DNA from: an uncultured Candidatus Saccharibacteria bacterium
GTDB taxonomy: Bacteria; Patescibacteriota; Minisyncoccia; Phycocordibacterales; CALRHW01
DNA: 64,000 bases
Assembly: GCA_964407105.1 (NCBI GenBank)
Contig: CAYOUG010000001.1
Span: forward strand, 96,227-160,226
Reading direction: 5' to 3'
Shown: positions 19,286-29,418 of the stretch, piece by piece
Layout of the letters: every line of letters starts with the position of its first letter
Numbering within the stretch: position 1 is the first letter of the stretch
The notes under the pieces: model-generated
What the model saw: only the letters and a program-made list of their open reading frames with translations
Database searches by the model: none
Told to the model about the DNA's origin: nothing
Position numbers and translations under genes: made by a program

Positions 19286-19330
19286 GATCTCGAAATAGTC
19301 CACCAGAAAAACACCGTCAAAAACATTGAT

Positions 19331-19367
19331 AAAACGCATCAGTCATTCAATTGATCGATGCGTTTTT
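19331..19367 (+). terminator. Terminator after rplT
   Basis: aaaacgcatc..gatgcgttttt. Confidence 0.65.
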
Positions 19368-19434
19368 CGTTGACTAATAAATAAATAAAAGATAATGTGA
19401 GCGGGGCCCCAACAGAACATTTTGGAGAGAAAAG

Positions 19435-19605
19435 ATGTGTTGTAATAAAGATCACTGCAATCACAAACCATACACCTCACGTGAAATAATCATCGCAATC
19501 ATCTTCATGGCAATAGCCGTCTCGATCATTTTCTTTTTCAGGACTCAAATTGAAGAGAAAAAGCTTGAGATACAAACATCAACCACAAAAGCACCGGCCT
19601 CATAG
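19435..19605 (+). CDS. 56-aa orphan membrane protein (below ORF-track cutoff)
   Basis: MCCNKDHCNHKPYTSREIIIAIIFMAIAVSIIFFFRTQ...; TTGACT promoter, GGAG SD, overlapping terminator. Confidence 0.55.
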   Translation: MCCNKDHCNHKPYTSREIIIAIIFMAIAVSIIFFFRTQIEEKKLEIQTSTTKAPAS

Positions 19606-19693
19606 GCGGTGTTTTTTCATTTATACTCCATAATTTTCAGCACATCACAAAAAATAAAGTCTGTTATCAAATAATATAAGTGGAAACAAAAAA

Positions 19694-21064
19694 CTAACAA
19701 GGCAGATCATAAGCTTTTCCGCGCTCAGGATACATTGCATTAACATTCAAATAATCGCGTAAACGCTGTACCAAAAAAAGTCCTGCTTTTGGCTCACCGA
19801 GTACCACAAAAACTTTTTTCACACTTTTACTTGTGTGTTCAACAAACTCAACGAGATGATCTGAGTCTTTGTGTGCAGAATATCCAGAAAGCATTTCAAC
19901 ACGTGCACGCACTGGCACATTTTCACCGTTTATAAAAAGTGGATTTACACCATCTTGAAGTTTTCGTCCCATCGTACCAAGCCCCTGATAACCTATAAGT
20001 AAAATGGTGTTATTTTTGTCTGGTAAATAATGTGCTTCGTGGTGTACCACTCGCCCACCATTGGACATTCCTGAACCTGCAATAATTATTTTAGGGTTTG
20101 CGGTGTGCACAATAGCGCGTGAATCTTGACCCCTCATAACATTTTTTAATTTGGGAAAATTAAAAATATGATCTCCGCCAGCAATATCTTTTTGAGTGGT
20201 TTCATTAAATTGATTTTGAGAAGCAAAACGATTGTAAATTTCGGTAATTTTAATAGCCAACGGAGAATCTAAATATACGGGTATAGAACCCACCACACCG
20301 TCTTCTATCATATTGTTTATCTTATAAAGCATAATTTGTGTACGCTCCAAAGAAAAAGACGGAATAACAAGTACACCTTTTCTAGAAATAGTATCTTTAA
20401 TTACTTGCACTAGTTTTGCGTCAGAATCTTGAATACTTTCGTGGTTTCTATCGCCATATACACTGTCAATAATTAAATAATCGGCATCTGTAATAAACTC
20501 CGTATCCTTTAAAAGCATCGCTGGTGAGTGCCCCAAATCGCCACAGAAAACGATGTTTTTGCCATTGTATGTCAGTTTAATAATAGAAGAGCCGAGCACA
20601 TGGCCAGCGTCACTTAAATACACGTCAAAATCATTCGATACTGCTTTTTTTTGATGATAAGGAATTGTCTGCCACAAAGAAAACGCTTCGCGCACGTGAG
20701 TATCAAAATAAAGCGGTTCTTTACCTTTTTCTTTTGATTCAAGCTCAAGTATCTTTACTGCATCTTCGAGCATTAAATGAGCAATTTCTTTTGTTTCTGG
20801 TGTTGAATAAATAATACCCTTGAAACCATCACGAACAAGCTTTGGAATACGACCGATATGGTCGATATGTGCATGCGTTACAAAAAGCATGTCTATTGAG
20901 GCAGGATTGTAATCAAATGCTTTTTTATTTTCTTCTTCTGCATACTGACTCCCCTGCATTAATCCACAATCTACCAAAATTTTTGTCTGCGGACTTTCCA
21001 ATAAAAAATTGGCGCCAGTCACCGTGCCTACCCCAGTACAAAATGTGAGTTTTAAAGATTGCAT
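19694..21064 (-). CDS. MBL-fold/beta-CASP RNA-processing metallo-hydrolase
   Basis: THAHIDHIG, AGHVLGS, AGSGMSNGGR, YSAHKD. Confidence 0.9.
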   Translation of the reverse strand: MQSLKLTFCTGVGTVTGANFLLESPQTKILVDCGLMQGSQYAEEENKKAFDYNPASIDMLFVTHAHIDHIGRIPKLVRDGFKGIIYSTPETKEIAHLMLEDAVKILELESKEKGKEPLYFDTHVREAFSLWQTIPYHQKKAVSNDFDVYLSDAGHVLGSSIIKLTYNGKNIVFCGDLGHSPAMLLKDTEFITDADYLIIDSVYGDRNHESIQDSDAKLVQVIKDTISRKGVLVIPSFSLERTQIMLYKINNMIEDGVVGSIPVYLDSPLAIKITEIYNRFASQNQFNETTQKDIAGGDHIFNFPKLKNVMRGQDSRAIVHTANPKIIIAGSGMSNGGRVVHHEAHYLPDKNNTILLIGYQGLGTMGRKLQDGVNPLFINGENVPVRARVEMLSGYSAHKDSDHLVEFVEHTSKSVKKVFVVLGEPKAGLFLVQRLRDYLNVNAMYPERGKAYDLPC

Positions 21065-21067
21065 TTA

Positions 21068-21538
21068 TTATATTTGGGTTTTATAAAATTTATCATCAGC
21101 ATCAAGATCTTTTGGAGAAAGAATATCTTTTTTTCCAAGTACTAAAATGTATTTATGTAAAAAAAGCGCAGATACAAAACCACCCACACCGTCCATAATG
21201 ATATCAAGTATAGTATCTGCAACATAATTGTTTACTGTGAAAGTAATACCTGTAAAATATTCGAAAATTTCCCAAGCCACCCCAATACCAAGCGCACTTA
21301 AAAGCGCAATAAAAAGTACTGAGGAAAACTTTGAGTTATTGGGCACTTTCACATAATCAGAAAAAAAGAAAAACCATACTGCCACAAACCCAAACCAAAA
21401 ACCACCCAAAAAATGCATCATAATATCAAACCAACCAAAAATCCAATACAGATCAAGTTGCATGGCGATTGTCTGCAATACCGCAACTACAAAAATGAAA
21501 ATAAATAAAAATAGGAAAAAGGGTTTTTTTAGTATCAT
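21068..21538 (-). CDS. Membrane protein (HFLGG..WE..E..D motif)
   Basis: Four TM helices; DIMMHFLGG, WEIFE, DTILDI. Confidence 0.75.
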   Translation of the reverse strand: MILKKPFFLFLFIFIFVVAVLQTIAMQLDLYWIFGWFDIMMHFLGGFWFGFVAVWFFFFSDYVKVPNNSKFSSVLFIALLSALGIGVAWEIFEYFTGITFTVNNYVADTILDIIMDGVGGFVSALFLHKYILVLGKKDILSPKDLDADDKFYKTQI

Positions 21539-21628
21539 ATCTTCTTAAATACCGATCACTTTAAGCTCACATAATCATATCGTCTTTCATTACAAATTAA
21601 AACATCCGCTTGCGCGGATATTTTAATC

Positions 21629-21757
21629 AGGGCTACCTGGGTATATTGCCCTAGTGTTAAAACTAGGTGGGTGCCCGAATGTTGTACTACAAGAGCGCAA
21701 CACAATCTAAAGCTCCCTGAATATTACTTTAATCTAGATAATATCCCAAATAACCCC
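21629..21757 (-). ncRNA. ssrS: Probable 6S RNA (compact)
   Basis: 5' GGGGTTATTTGGGATATT pairs with 3' AATATACCCAGGTAGCCCT; GGGAGC and GGCACCCACCT motifs; upstream TTGAAA..TATAAT; terminator at 21597-21626. Confidence 0.65.
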
Positions 21758-21879
21758 ACGTTAATTATATGCCTTCAAAACTCTTTTTCAACTTTTTTGG
21801 GCTACTGTGATACACAATACTTCAAGACGCAATAAGAGAAAGAAAAAAAGCCTTATATTTGGTCACTTAAAAATTGTAT

Positions 21880-22491
21880 TTATTCTAAAATACCATCAAG
21901 ATTTACATCGTACAAAATTTCCTCTTGTATATTTCGGTAATCAATTACTTCCTTTGGAGAAAACCAATGAATGATTTCTTTTTCTGCTTCATCAACGGTT
22001 CCCGAGGCGTGCACTAAATTACGAATAGCTCGACTGTCTGTATCAGACATTGTATATGAATCAAGAACAAAGTCGCCACGAATAGTACCAACATCAGTGT
22101 TTAGAGGCTCGGTACCACCTGTAATTTTTCTCACAATAGACACGGCGTGCGCACCCTCCCAAACCATACACACAACAGGACCGCTCGTCATATACTTCTT
22201 TAAACGTTCGAGTACAAGTCTTGTGATCTCAAGCGGGTCTTCTGACATTGGCGCTTCTCCTCGTGCTTTTGCGGCCTTAATACTCTTTTCACCAGTGATA
22301 CGTCGCCATTCTGGATCTAGGGTGTAATGTTGTTCAATATGCTCTGCAGTAGGAACACACATTTTTAAAGCGACAAGTTTTAAACCGACTCTTTCATATC
22401 GTCCCACAATTTCTCCAATGAGTGATCGCTGAATGCTGTCTGGTTTTAAAATAACAAGTGTTCGTTCCTTTTTGGGATGTTTTTTATTCAT
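21880..22491 (-). CDS. ndk: Nucleoside diphosphate kinase
   Basis: ERTLVILKPD, GTIRGDF, NLVHAS. Confidence 0.95.
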   Translation of the reverse strand: MNKKHPKKERTLVILKPDSIQRSLIGEIVGRYERVGLKLVALKMCVPTAEHIEQHYTLDPEWRRITGEKSIKAAKARGEAPMSEDPLEITRLVLERLKKYMTSGPVVCMVWEGAHAVSIVRKITGGTEPLNTDVGTIRGDFVLDSYTMSDTDSRAIRNLVHASGTVDEAEKEIIHWFSPKEVIDYRNIQEEILYDVNLDGILE

Positions 22492-22546
22492 ATTTTTTTA
22501 TTTATTTCGTTAGTATACCAATTTTTTCACTTCAAGCAATAAAAAA

Positions 22547-23317
22547 TTATTTTGTAAGAATGATAGGCTCACCTTCTGTAATGGCAATCGTATGTTCAAA
22601 ATGCGCACTACGTTTTCCGTCACGTGTGCGAAAAGTGTAACCATCTTGATCAAGTTTGATGTTTCCTGTACCCAGATTTAACATTGGTTCTATAGCAATC
22701 ACCATACCTGGTTTTAATGTAATACCCGTCCCCTTTTTTCCAGTGTTTGGCACATAAGGATCTTCATGCACACGATAACCCACACCGTGTCCAGCCAAAC
22801 CTTCAGCATGAGAAAATCCATATGGTTTGACAAATGTTTCTATCGCAAAACCAATGTCTCCAATTTTATTTCCTCCTCGTGCAACATTAATACCTTTAAA
22901 AAGAGCTTCTTTAGTAACACGTAAAAGTTCACGTGCCTCTTCATCAATTTTTCCCACAGGCACAGTAATGGCAGAATCTGTAATAAGGCCTTTATGCACA
23001 ATTCCCATATCTAAACCCACAATATCTCCTTCTTTTAACTCTCTTGGGTGTTCATTTGGAATGCCGTGCACAACCTCATCGTTTATAGAAACACACAAGC
23101 TGGCTGGATACGGTCGACTCGCACCATCTGGTTGATAATTTAAAAAAGACGGCTGATCTCCATTTTCATAGGAAAGATTACGCGCAACATCATCTAGTTC
23201 TTTTGTGGTAATGCCGGGTTTTACCATTGATGCAAGAGTATTCAATATAAAAGCCAAGCGAGCACCGCCTTCTTTAAGAATTTCTATTTCTTCTGGAGTT
23301 TTAATAGTAACCGCCAT
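22547..23317 (-). CDS. map: Methionine aminopeptidase type I
   Basis: SINDEVVHGIP, GHGVG, HEDP, SAHFEHT. Confidence 0.97.
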   Translation of the reverse strand: MAVTIKTPEEIEILKEGGARLAFILNTLASMVKPGITTKELDDVARNLSYENGDQPSFLNYQPDGASRPYPASLCVSINDEVVHGIPNEHPRELKEGDIVGLDMGIVHKGLITDSAITVPVGKIDEEARELLRVTKEALFKGINVARGGNKIGDIGFAIETFVKPYGFSHAEGLAGHGVGYRVHEDPYVPNTGKKGTGITLKPGMVIAIEPMLNLGTGNIKLDQDGYTFRTRDGKRSAHFEHTIAITEGEPIILTK

Positions 23318-23329
23318 TTCGTATCTGAA

Positions 23330-23926
23330 TTAAAAAAATGTTATTTTTTTTATTATCTCTTCATGAACAAGGTCTTTGTCTTTCTCCCCACTTACTTCTA
23401 TTAGATTGTATCTTGAATTATTTTTAAAATGATCTATTGCGGGCATCGCATCTCGATCAAACCAATCGAGACGTTTATTGATCTTTTCAAGTGTCGCATC
23501 ATCAGATCGTCCACGAGCAATGAGTCTTTTTAAAGACCAATCTCGACTTACGCTGAGATATATCACATTAGCCTTTCGGCCATAAAAATCAAGTGCGGTG
23601 TCTAAGGTGAGAGCTTCAGGAAGAGAACGTGGTGTGCCGTCTACGACGATATGCTCTTGGCCATTAATATGTTCTATAAACAAGTTTGACCACATCCAAA
23701 TGGCCAAAAAATCTGGTTGTCGTTCATCGTTTTCATATATTTTTTTAGAAAGTGTACTTGAATATGATGAACCTTTTATAAAATCTCTAAATCGTGCTCC
23801 AGACTCAAGATAAAAAATAGGTCGTGCTGATGATTCTTGATTTTTTAAATATGTCATAAGCAAATCAGCCTGTGTTCCCTTTCCACAACCCGATCGCCCG
23901 ATAAATATAAATGTTTGAGGATTCAT
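23330..23926 (-). CDS. adk: Adenylate kinase (short LID)
   Basis: GRSGCGKGTQ, DGTPR, GRSDD; follows secY. Confidence 0.88.
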   Translation of the reverse strand: MNPQTFIFIGRSGCGKGTQADLLMTYLKNQESSARPIFYLESGARFRDFIKGSSYSSTLSKKIYENDERQPDFLAIWMWSNLFIEHINGQEHIVVDGTPRSLPEALTLDTALDFYGRKANVIYLSVSRDWSLKRLIARGRSDDATLEKINKRLDWFDRDAMPAIDHFKNNSRYNLIEVSGEKDKDLVHEEIIKKITFF

Positions 23927-23972
23927 GAATTAATTATAACCCAAAAACAAAAAACCGGCCGTAGCCGATTTT

Positions 23973-25244
23973 TTAGTACTCACGAATAGAAAGCTGTGCG
24001 TCGGTTTTTTTGATTAAATCAATTACCACAGACACTACGATAAGAAGCGCCGTACCGCCCACAGAGAAAGCTGTAATACCTGTACCCGCTTTCATTATCA
24101 AAGGAAGCACAGCAATAATTCCAAGGAAAAGTGCTCCAAATAGTGTCAAACGAGTTAGGATACGGGCGATGTATTCTGATGTTGGCTGACCCGGACGTAC
24201 CCCAGGAATAAACGCTCCGCCTTTTTGCAAGTTGGTTGAGATTGAATCTGGATCAAAAGTAACCGCGGTGTAAAAGTATGTAAACACAAACACAAGAAGG
24301 AAATAAAGAACAGCGTGAATCCATCCGTTATTCAGAACGTTTAGAATTGATGCTGCGATATTTTTAAATCCTGCTCCACCAACATTTTTCAAGAAACTAA
24401 AAATCATTTGAGGAAAAAGCAAAATAGATAGAGCAAAAATAATTGGAATTACTCCAGCTTGATTGAGTCGAAGTGGAAGATATGTGGAAACACCACCATA
24501 CACCTTGCTACCACGCACACGTTTTGCATATGTAATAGGAATTGGTCGTTCCGCTTCGGTAATTACTACCACAGCTCCGATAACAACAAGTGTAATCGCA
24601 AAAAATAGAAGATAAACAGGAATTTGCGCTACATCGAACACAAATTGAAGTTGTGCAATACCTCTCGGCAATCCAGCTACGATACCAGCAAAAATAATAA
24701 GAGAAAGACCGTTGCCTATACCATATTCTGTAATAAGCTCACCAATCCACATAAGAAGTATCGCTCCACCCGTAATGATAGCCACGTTTACTATTTGTTC
24801 TGGCCAAGTCATTATTGCAAGTACTCCGCTTGATCTAAGAAGTGCAAGGAAACCAAAAGATTGAATGATGGCAATAGGTACAGTGACAATACGAGAATAC
24901 TGACTAAACTTTTTTCTTCCAGCGTCTCCCTCCTCCTGATAGAGCGCCTTAAGACGAGGAGACATAATGGTAAGCAACTGCATAATGATAGACGCTGTAA
25001 TGTATGGACTTACACCAATCATCACAATAGATAAATTTGAAAATCCACCTCCAGAAAATATATTAAAAAGATTTAGAAAATCATTGCCAGAAAAAAGAGC
25101 CTGCAAACGACTTACGTCTACGCCCGGTATAGGAATAGCGGCAAAAGCCCGAAACACAATAAGCGCTCCGAGTGTAAACAAAATTTTCTTTCGAAGGATT
25201 CGATCCTGAAAGATTGTAGAAAGTGTATTAAAAATTGTTTTCAT
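23973..25244 (-). CDS. secY: Preprotein translocase SecY
   Basis: SPYITASII, GIGNG, AGVIPIIFA, IPGVRPG. Confidence 0.98.
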   Translation of the reverse strand: MKTIFNTLSTIFQDRILRKKILFTLGALIVFRAFAAIPIPGVDVSRLQALFSGNDFLNLFNIFSGGGFSNLSIVMIGVSPYITASIIMQLLTIMSPRLKALYQEEGDAGRKKFSQYSRIVTVPIAIIQSFGFLALLRSSGVLAIMTWPEQIVNVAIITGGAILLMWIGELITEYGIGNGLSLIIFAGIVAGLPRGIAQLQFVFDVAQIPVYLLFFAITLVVIGAVVVITEAERPIPITYAKRVRGSKVYGGVSTYLPLRLNQAGVIPIIFALSILLFPQMIFSFLKNVGGAGFKNIAASILNVLNNGWIHAVLYFLLVFVFTYFYTAVTFDPDSISTNLQKGGAFIPGVRPGQPTSEYIARILTRLTLFGALFLGIIAVLPLIMKAGTGITAFSVGGTALLIVVSVVIDLIKKTDAQLSIREY

Positions 25245-25245
25245 A

Positions 25246-25680
25246 TTATTTTGCTACAGTTCCACCAGCTTTTTCTATTTTTGCTTTTGCTGATGCAGAG
25301 ACAAGACAACCAGACACAGTAAGTTTTTTGGTAAGTTCACCTCCTCCAAGAATTTTAACAAATAATTTTGCTCCTTTGTGAGAAGTTATAAGACCTTTTT
25401 CTGCAATTACTTTTGGGGTTATGCTGTCTCCATTTGAAAATGCCTTTTCAAACATACCGACATTTATCGCTGTAGATTTTGCATAAATACTTTTTGCACT
25501 ATAACCACGAAGTTTTGGAAGTCGTTTAATAAAATCTCGTACTTCTGGACGAAGCTTTCCTCCAGCTCGCGCTTTCTGACCTTTTGTCCCACGGCCTGAA
25601 GTTTTGCCACGCTTTCCACCACGACCTACAGACTGTGATCGTTTATTTTTTGTTTTTCTTTTTATATTGTGAATCTGCAT
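25246..25680 (-). CDS. rplO: 50S ribosomal protein L15
   Basis: GRGGKRGKTSGRGTKGQKAR. Confidence 0.95.
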   Translation of the reverse strand: MQIHNIKRKTKNKRSQSVGRGGKRGKTSGRGTKGQKARAGGKLRPEVRDFIKRLPKLRGYSAKSIYAKSTAINVGMFEKAFSNGDSITPKVIAEKGLITSHKGAKLFVKILGGGELTKKLTVSGCLVSASAKAKIEKAGGTVAK

Positions 25681-25690
25681 GGTCTTTGTA

Positions 25691-26320
25691 TTATGCTTTT
25701 ACTCTTGTCTTTCGCTCTTTTAATTTACCAAGTGCATCAAGAGCAGCCTTTGCATTGTTAAGCTGATTTTTACTTCGTGAGAAAATTTTTGCTCCCGCGT
25801 TTTTGATACCAGCAAGCTCAAGTACAGGACGAACAGAGCTTCCTGCGATAATACCCTTTCCTGGAGCCGGCATAATGAGTACACGAGAACCACAATATTT
25901 AGATTCTACATCGTGTGAAATAGACATGTCTTTTGTGAGGCGTACGGTAATCATGTGTTTTTTTGCGTTTCGAAGCGCTTTGTCTATAGCAAGAGAAGTG
26001 TCTCCTGCTTTTCCAATACCCACACCCACAAGACCTTTTCGGTTGCCAGCAACAAGAGCCACGCTAAATGCAAATCGTCGACCTCCTGTTACCACACGAG
26101 TTACGCGACGAATGCTAATAATTTTCTGATCAAACTCAGGTTTTGCACGAGGTTCTCGTCTTGGACCTTGTTTGCGAGGATTTTTTTGAAATCCACCTCT
26201 AGAATCACGACCAAACGGCACTCGTGCATCTCTAGGTTTTTGTAAAGCAGGAGAAACAGCAATCACTTCTGGTTGTGTTGTTTCTGTTACTGTATCAATT
26301 GTTGTTGTATCTTTTTCCAT
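25691..26320 (-). CDS. rpsE: 30S ribosomal protein S5 (N-terminal extension)
   Basis: RRVTRVVTGGRRF, PAPGKGIIAG. Confidence 0.95.
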   Translation of the reverse strand: MEKDTTTIDTVTETTQPEVIAVSPALQKPRDARVPFGRDSRGGFQKNPRKQGPRREPRAKPEFDQKIISIRRVTRVVTGGRRFAFSVALVAGNRKGLVGVGIGKAGDTSLAIDKALRNAKKHMITVRLTKDMSISHDVESKYCGSRVLIMPAPGKGIIAGSSVRPVLELAGIKNAGAKIFSRSKNQLNNAKAALDALGKLKERKTRVKA

Positions 26321-26323
26321 ATA

Positions 26324-26674
26324 TTAAAATTGTAAACCTGCTTCTCTGGCACTTTCTGCTACCGCCTTTATCTTTCCCGTGTACACAAATCCACCACGGT
26401 CAAATACGACAGATTTTAATCCAGCCTTTAGTGCTTTTTCTGCAATATCTTTTCCTGCCTCTCTGGCGCGCTCTATGCCGGTCTTGCCTTTTGTATCTCG
26501 AGTAGAAGACGCTACAAGTGTTTTTCCAGACTCGTCATCAATGAGTTGCAAATAAATTGCTGTGTTTGTTTTTGAAACTGAAAATCGAGGACGGTTTGCA
26601 GTGCCAGAAATAACACTTCGGATTTTTTTGTGTCTTCGGATTCTTTTTTCTGTTTTGTTTTGGCTAATACTCAT
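26324..26674 (-). CDS. rplR: 50S ribosomal protein L18
   Basis: RPRFSV, VVFDRGG, AREAGLQF. Confidence 0.96.
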   Translation of the reverse strand: MSISQNKTEKRIRRHKKIRSVISGTANRPRFSVSKTNTAIYLQLIDDESGKTLVASSTRDTKGKTGIERAREAGKDIAEKALKAGLKSVVFDRGGFVYTGKIKAVAESAREAGLQF

Positions 26675-26684
26675 GTTTGTATTT

Positions 26685-27215
26685 TTATGCAGCTTTCTTA
26701 CCCTGCTTTCGACGCACTATTTCATCTGAATATCTAATACCCTTACCTTTATATGGTTCGGGTTTTTTCCAAGATCGAACCTCTGCCACAAATTGACCAA
26801 CTTTTTCTTTATCTATACCAGAAACAGTAATAGTATTTTTGTCTGTACTTACCTTAAGACCGTTTGGAATGGACATTTTTACTAAATGAGAAAAACCCAA
26901 ACTCATCACAAGGTCTGTTCCTTTTACTTCGGCTTTATATCCAATACCTTCAATAATAAGTTTCTTTTCGTAAGCTTTGTTTACACCAGCAATCATATTC
27001 ATAACATGAGATGCAACGGTACCCCACAGTGCTGGGTTTGTATTATTTTTTGTAGGAACAACAGTGATATTGCCATCTGCCACTGTAAAAGAAACACCAG
27101 ATGCAAATGATCGAGAGATCTCACCTAAAGATCCTTTCACTGTCACAGAAGAGCCAGAAGCTGTTACTTCGGTTTTTTCAGGAATTGCTATTATTTTTTT
27201 TCCAATTCTTGACAT
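26685..27215 (-). CDS. rplF: 50S ribosomal protein L6
   Basis: MSRIGK, PEPYKGKGIRY. Confidence 0.97.
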   Translation of the reverse strand: MSRIGKKIIAIPEKTEVTASGSSVTVKGSLGEISRSFASGVSFTVADGNITVVPTKNNTNPALWGTVASHVMNMIAGVNKAYEKKLIIEGIGYKAEVKGTDLVMSLGFSHLVKMSIPNGLKVSTDKNTITVSGIDKEKVGQFVAEVRSWKKPEPYKGKGIRYSDEIVRRKQGKKAA

Positions 27216-27221
27216 ATTTTA

Positions 27222-27611
27222 TTACCAAATCTTAAAAAGTAATTCTCCGCCCACCTTTTCTTTCTTCGCATCTCTGTTTGTCATAATTCCTTTTGGGGTT
27301 GTAAGAATCATCAAACCAGTTCCATATTTTACTGATCGAAGATCTTTTGCTTTCTGATAAACTCGCTTTGAAAGTTTTGATACACGCGCAACACCTTGCA
27401 CTTTTGGAGAACCGTCTGCTTCATAGACAAGCTCGGCTTCAATAAACTTAGTTATTTTTTTACCCTTTTTTGAAACAGATTTAAGAAAGCCTTCTTTTTC
27501 AAGAAGTGTTGCAATTTCAAATTTAATTTTTGAATACGGAAAAATAACAGACTCTTTTTTTACGTCTTGAGCATTCTTTATACGTGTGATCATGTCAGCG
27601 ATTTGGTCCAT
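27222..27611 (-). CDS. rpsH: 30S ribosomal protein S8
   Basis: DQIADMITRIKNA, GGELLFKIW. Confidence 0.96.
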   Translation of the reverse strand: MDQIADMITRIKNAQDVKKESVIFPYSKIKFEIATLLEKEGFLKSVSKKGKKITKFIEAELVYEADGSPKVQGVARVSKLSKRVYQKAKDLRSVKYGTGLMILTTPKGIMTNRDAKKEKVGGELLFKIW

Positions 27612-27620
27612 ATTTTTTTA

Positions 27621-27806
27621 TTACCAAGAAGATTTCTTTACTCCTGGGATTTTTCCTTCATTAGCAAACTCACGAAAACAGATTCGGCAAAGGTCAAAGT
27701 CTCGCATATATCCTCGTTTTCGACCGCATCGAAAACATCTTCGAACTATACGGGTCGAGAATTTTGGTTTCTTTAATGCTCTTGCTTTTACTGATGTTTT
27801 TGCCAT
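27621..27806 (-). CDS. rpsN: 30S ribosomal protein S14 (zinc type)
   Basis: [23 protein letters not shown]. Confidence 0.96.
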   Translation of the reverse strand: MAKTSVKARALKKPKFSTRIVRRCFRCGRKRGYMRDFDLCRICFREFANEGKIPGVKKSSW

Positions 27807-27895
27807 TTCTGGTTTTTATCTTAATTTATTGAAACAAAAAAAGCTTCAAAAAGCTTGCGCTTCATACTAGCAGGAAGGTATACCATTGTCAAAGC

Positions 27896-28468
27896 TTACT
27901 TTTTTGCCTTACCCTTACTCTTTTCTGCCTCCTCCCCCTTTTTAAACGGAAAGCCAAGGTGATCTAAAAACGCCTTTGCTTCGGTGGCATTTTTTGCTGT
28001 AGTTACAACAGTCACCGCCAAACCAAAGATGTCTTTAAGTTCTTCATCACTCGTTTCAGGGAAAATGCTATGTTCTCTGATACCAAGGGTATAATTACCC
28101 ATTGCATCAATCGCTTTTGAAGAAATGCCACGAAAGTCTTTTGTACGAGGAAGCGCGATGTTTACAAGTTTGTCGATAAAATCGTACATGCGTTTACCTC
28201 GAAGAGTAACCTGAAGGCCCACAGGATCACCTTGACGAACCTTAAAAGCGGCAATAGAAACTTTTGCTCCTTTCTTTGATGCTTTCTGACCGGTAATTTT
28301 TGTGAGGCGATCTTCTACTAGATCAATTTTTTTCTTGTCTTTAAAAGAACCGACACCAGCAGATATTACCACTTTTACCAAACGCGGTGCTTGCATTGGG
28401 TTTGTATATTTTTGTGATTCTTTGAGCGCCGTGAATGCTCCGTCATTTTTTTCTTTAATCGTTTTCAT
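27896..28468 (-). CDS. rplE: 50S ribosomal protein L5
   Basis: ITGQK, VTLRGKRMYDF, LPRTKDFRG. Confidence 0.97.
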   Translation of the reverse strand: MKTIKEKNDGAFTALKESQKYTNPMQAPRLVKVVISAGVGSFKDKKKIDLVEDRLTKITGQKASKKGAKVSIAAFKVRQGDPVGLQVTLRGKRMYDFIDKLVNIALPRTKDFRGISSKAIDAMGNYTLGIREHSIFPETSDEELKDIFGLAVTVVTTAKNATEAKAFLDHLGFPFKKGEEAEKSKGKAKK

Positions 28469-28485
28469 ACGTGTGTATTATATCT

Positions 28486-28791
28486 TTAGAGTGTTGTTCC
28501 GCTTTTTTTAGAAATACGTATCTTTTTTGCACCATCTTTTTTAATGCCGACACGAGATGGTTTGTTTGTTTTTGGATCAACAATCATCACGTTTGAAATG
28601 TGAATTGGCATGGTTTTATCTACAATCTGACCCTTCTGACCGCTTTTGCGTCCACGTTCGTGTGTTTTTCTTACATTCACACCGGCCACAATTACTTTGT
28701 TTTCTTTAGGAAAAGACTTCACAACCTTTCCAGTTTTGCCTTTATCTTTTCCAGAAATCACTATTACATTGTCATCTTTGCGAATTTTCAT
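28486..28791 (-). CDS. rplX: 50S ribosomal protein L24
   Basis: VISGKDKGK, PIHISNV. Confidence 0.97.
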   Translation of the reverse strand: MKIRKDDNVIVISGKDKGKTGKVVKSFPKENKVIVAGVNVRKTHERGRKSGQKGQIVDKTMPIHISNVMIVDPKTNKPSRVGIKKDGAKKIRISKKSGTTL

Positions 28792-28796
28792 GATGT

Positions 28797-29168
28797 TTAT
28801 ACTACTTCGGGTGCCTTAGAAATGATTGTTTGAAAACCAAACTCTCCGAGTTCTCGTGGAATTGGCCCGAAAATACGACCCGCAACAGGCTCGTCTTTTT
28901 CTTTTTCCAAAATCACTACTGCGTTTTCATCAAAACGAATATATGATCCGTCTTTTCGACGAAATGCTGCTTTTTGTCGCACCACCACCGCTCGAAGCAC
29001 GTCTTTCTTTTTTATAGTCTTTCGAGGAGCTGCTTTTTGAACCGAAAGAATGATGGTGTCACCAATACAAGCATATCTTTTCTTTGAACTACCGAGCACT
29101 TTGAACACTCGTCCGATTTGCGCTCCGGAGTTATCTGCTATTTTAATAATTGATCGTGGCTGAATCAT
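28797..29168 (-). CDS. rplN: 50S ribosomal protein L14
   Basis: ADNSGA, IRFDENA, RIFGP. Confidence 0.97.
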   Translation of the reverse strand: MIQPRSIIKIADNSGAQIGRVFKVLGSSKKRYACIGDTIILSVQKAAPRKTIKKKDVLRAVVVRQKAAFRRKDGSYIRFDENAVVILEKEKDEPVAGRIFGPIPRELGEFGFQTIISKAPEVV

Positions 29169-29174
29169 AAAAAT

Positions 29175-29417
29175 TTATAAAACTTTAAAATGCTTATCTT
29201 TTGAAATTGGTCGTGTTTCCTCAATGGTTACCACTTCCCCTATTTTTTTTGTATTACCAGCATCATGTGCCTTAAACTTTTTGTGAATATGAACAAATTT
29301 TTGATACTTTGGATGCTTAACATATCGTTCAACACGAACAACTATAGTGTCTTTCATTTTGTCTGACACCACAATTCCCTTTAGGGTTCGTTTTGCTTTT
29401 TGTATCTTTTTTTCCAT
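29175..29417 (-). CDS. rpsQ: 30S ribosomal protein S17
   Basis: GIVVSDKM, HPKY, ETRPISKDK. Confidence 0.96.
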   Translation of the reverse strand: MEKKIQKAKRTLKGIVVSDKMKDTIVVRVERYVKHPKYQKFVHIHKKFKAHDAGNTKKIGEVVTIEETRPISKDKHFKVL

Positions 29418-29418
29418 A

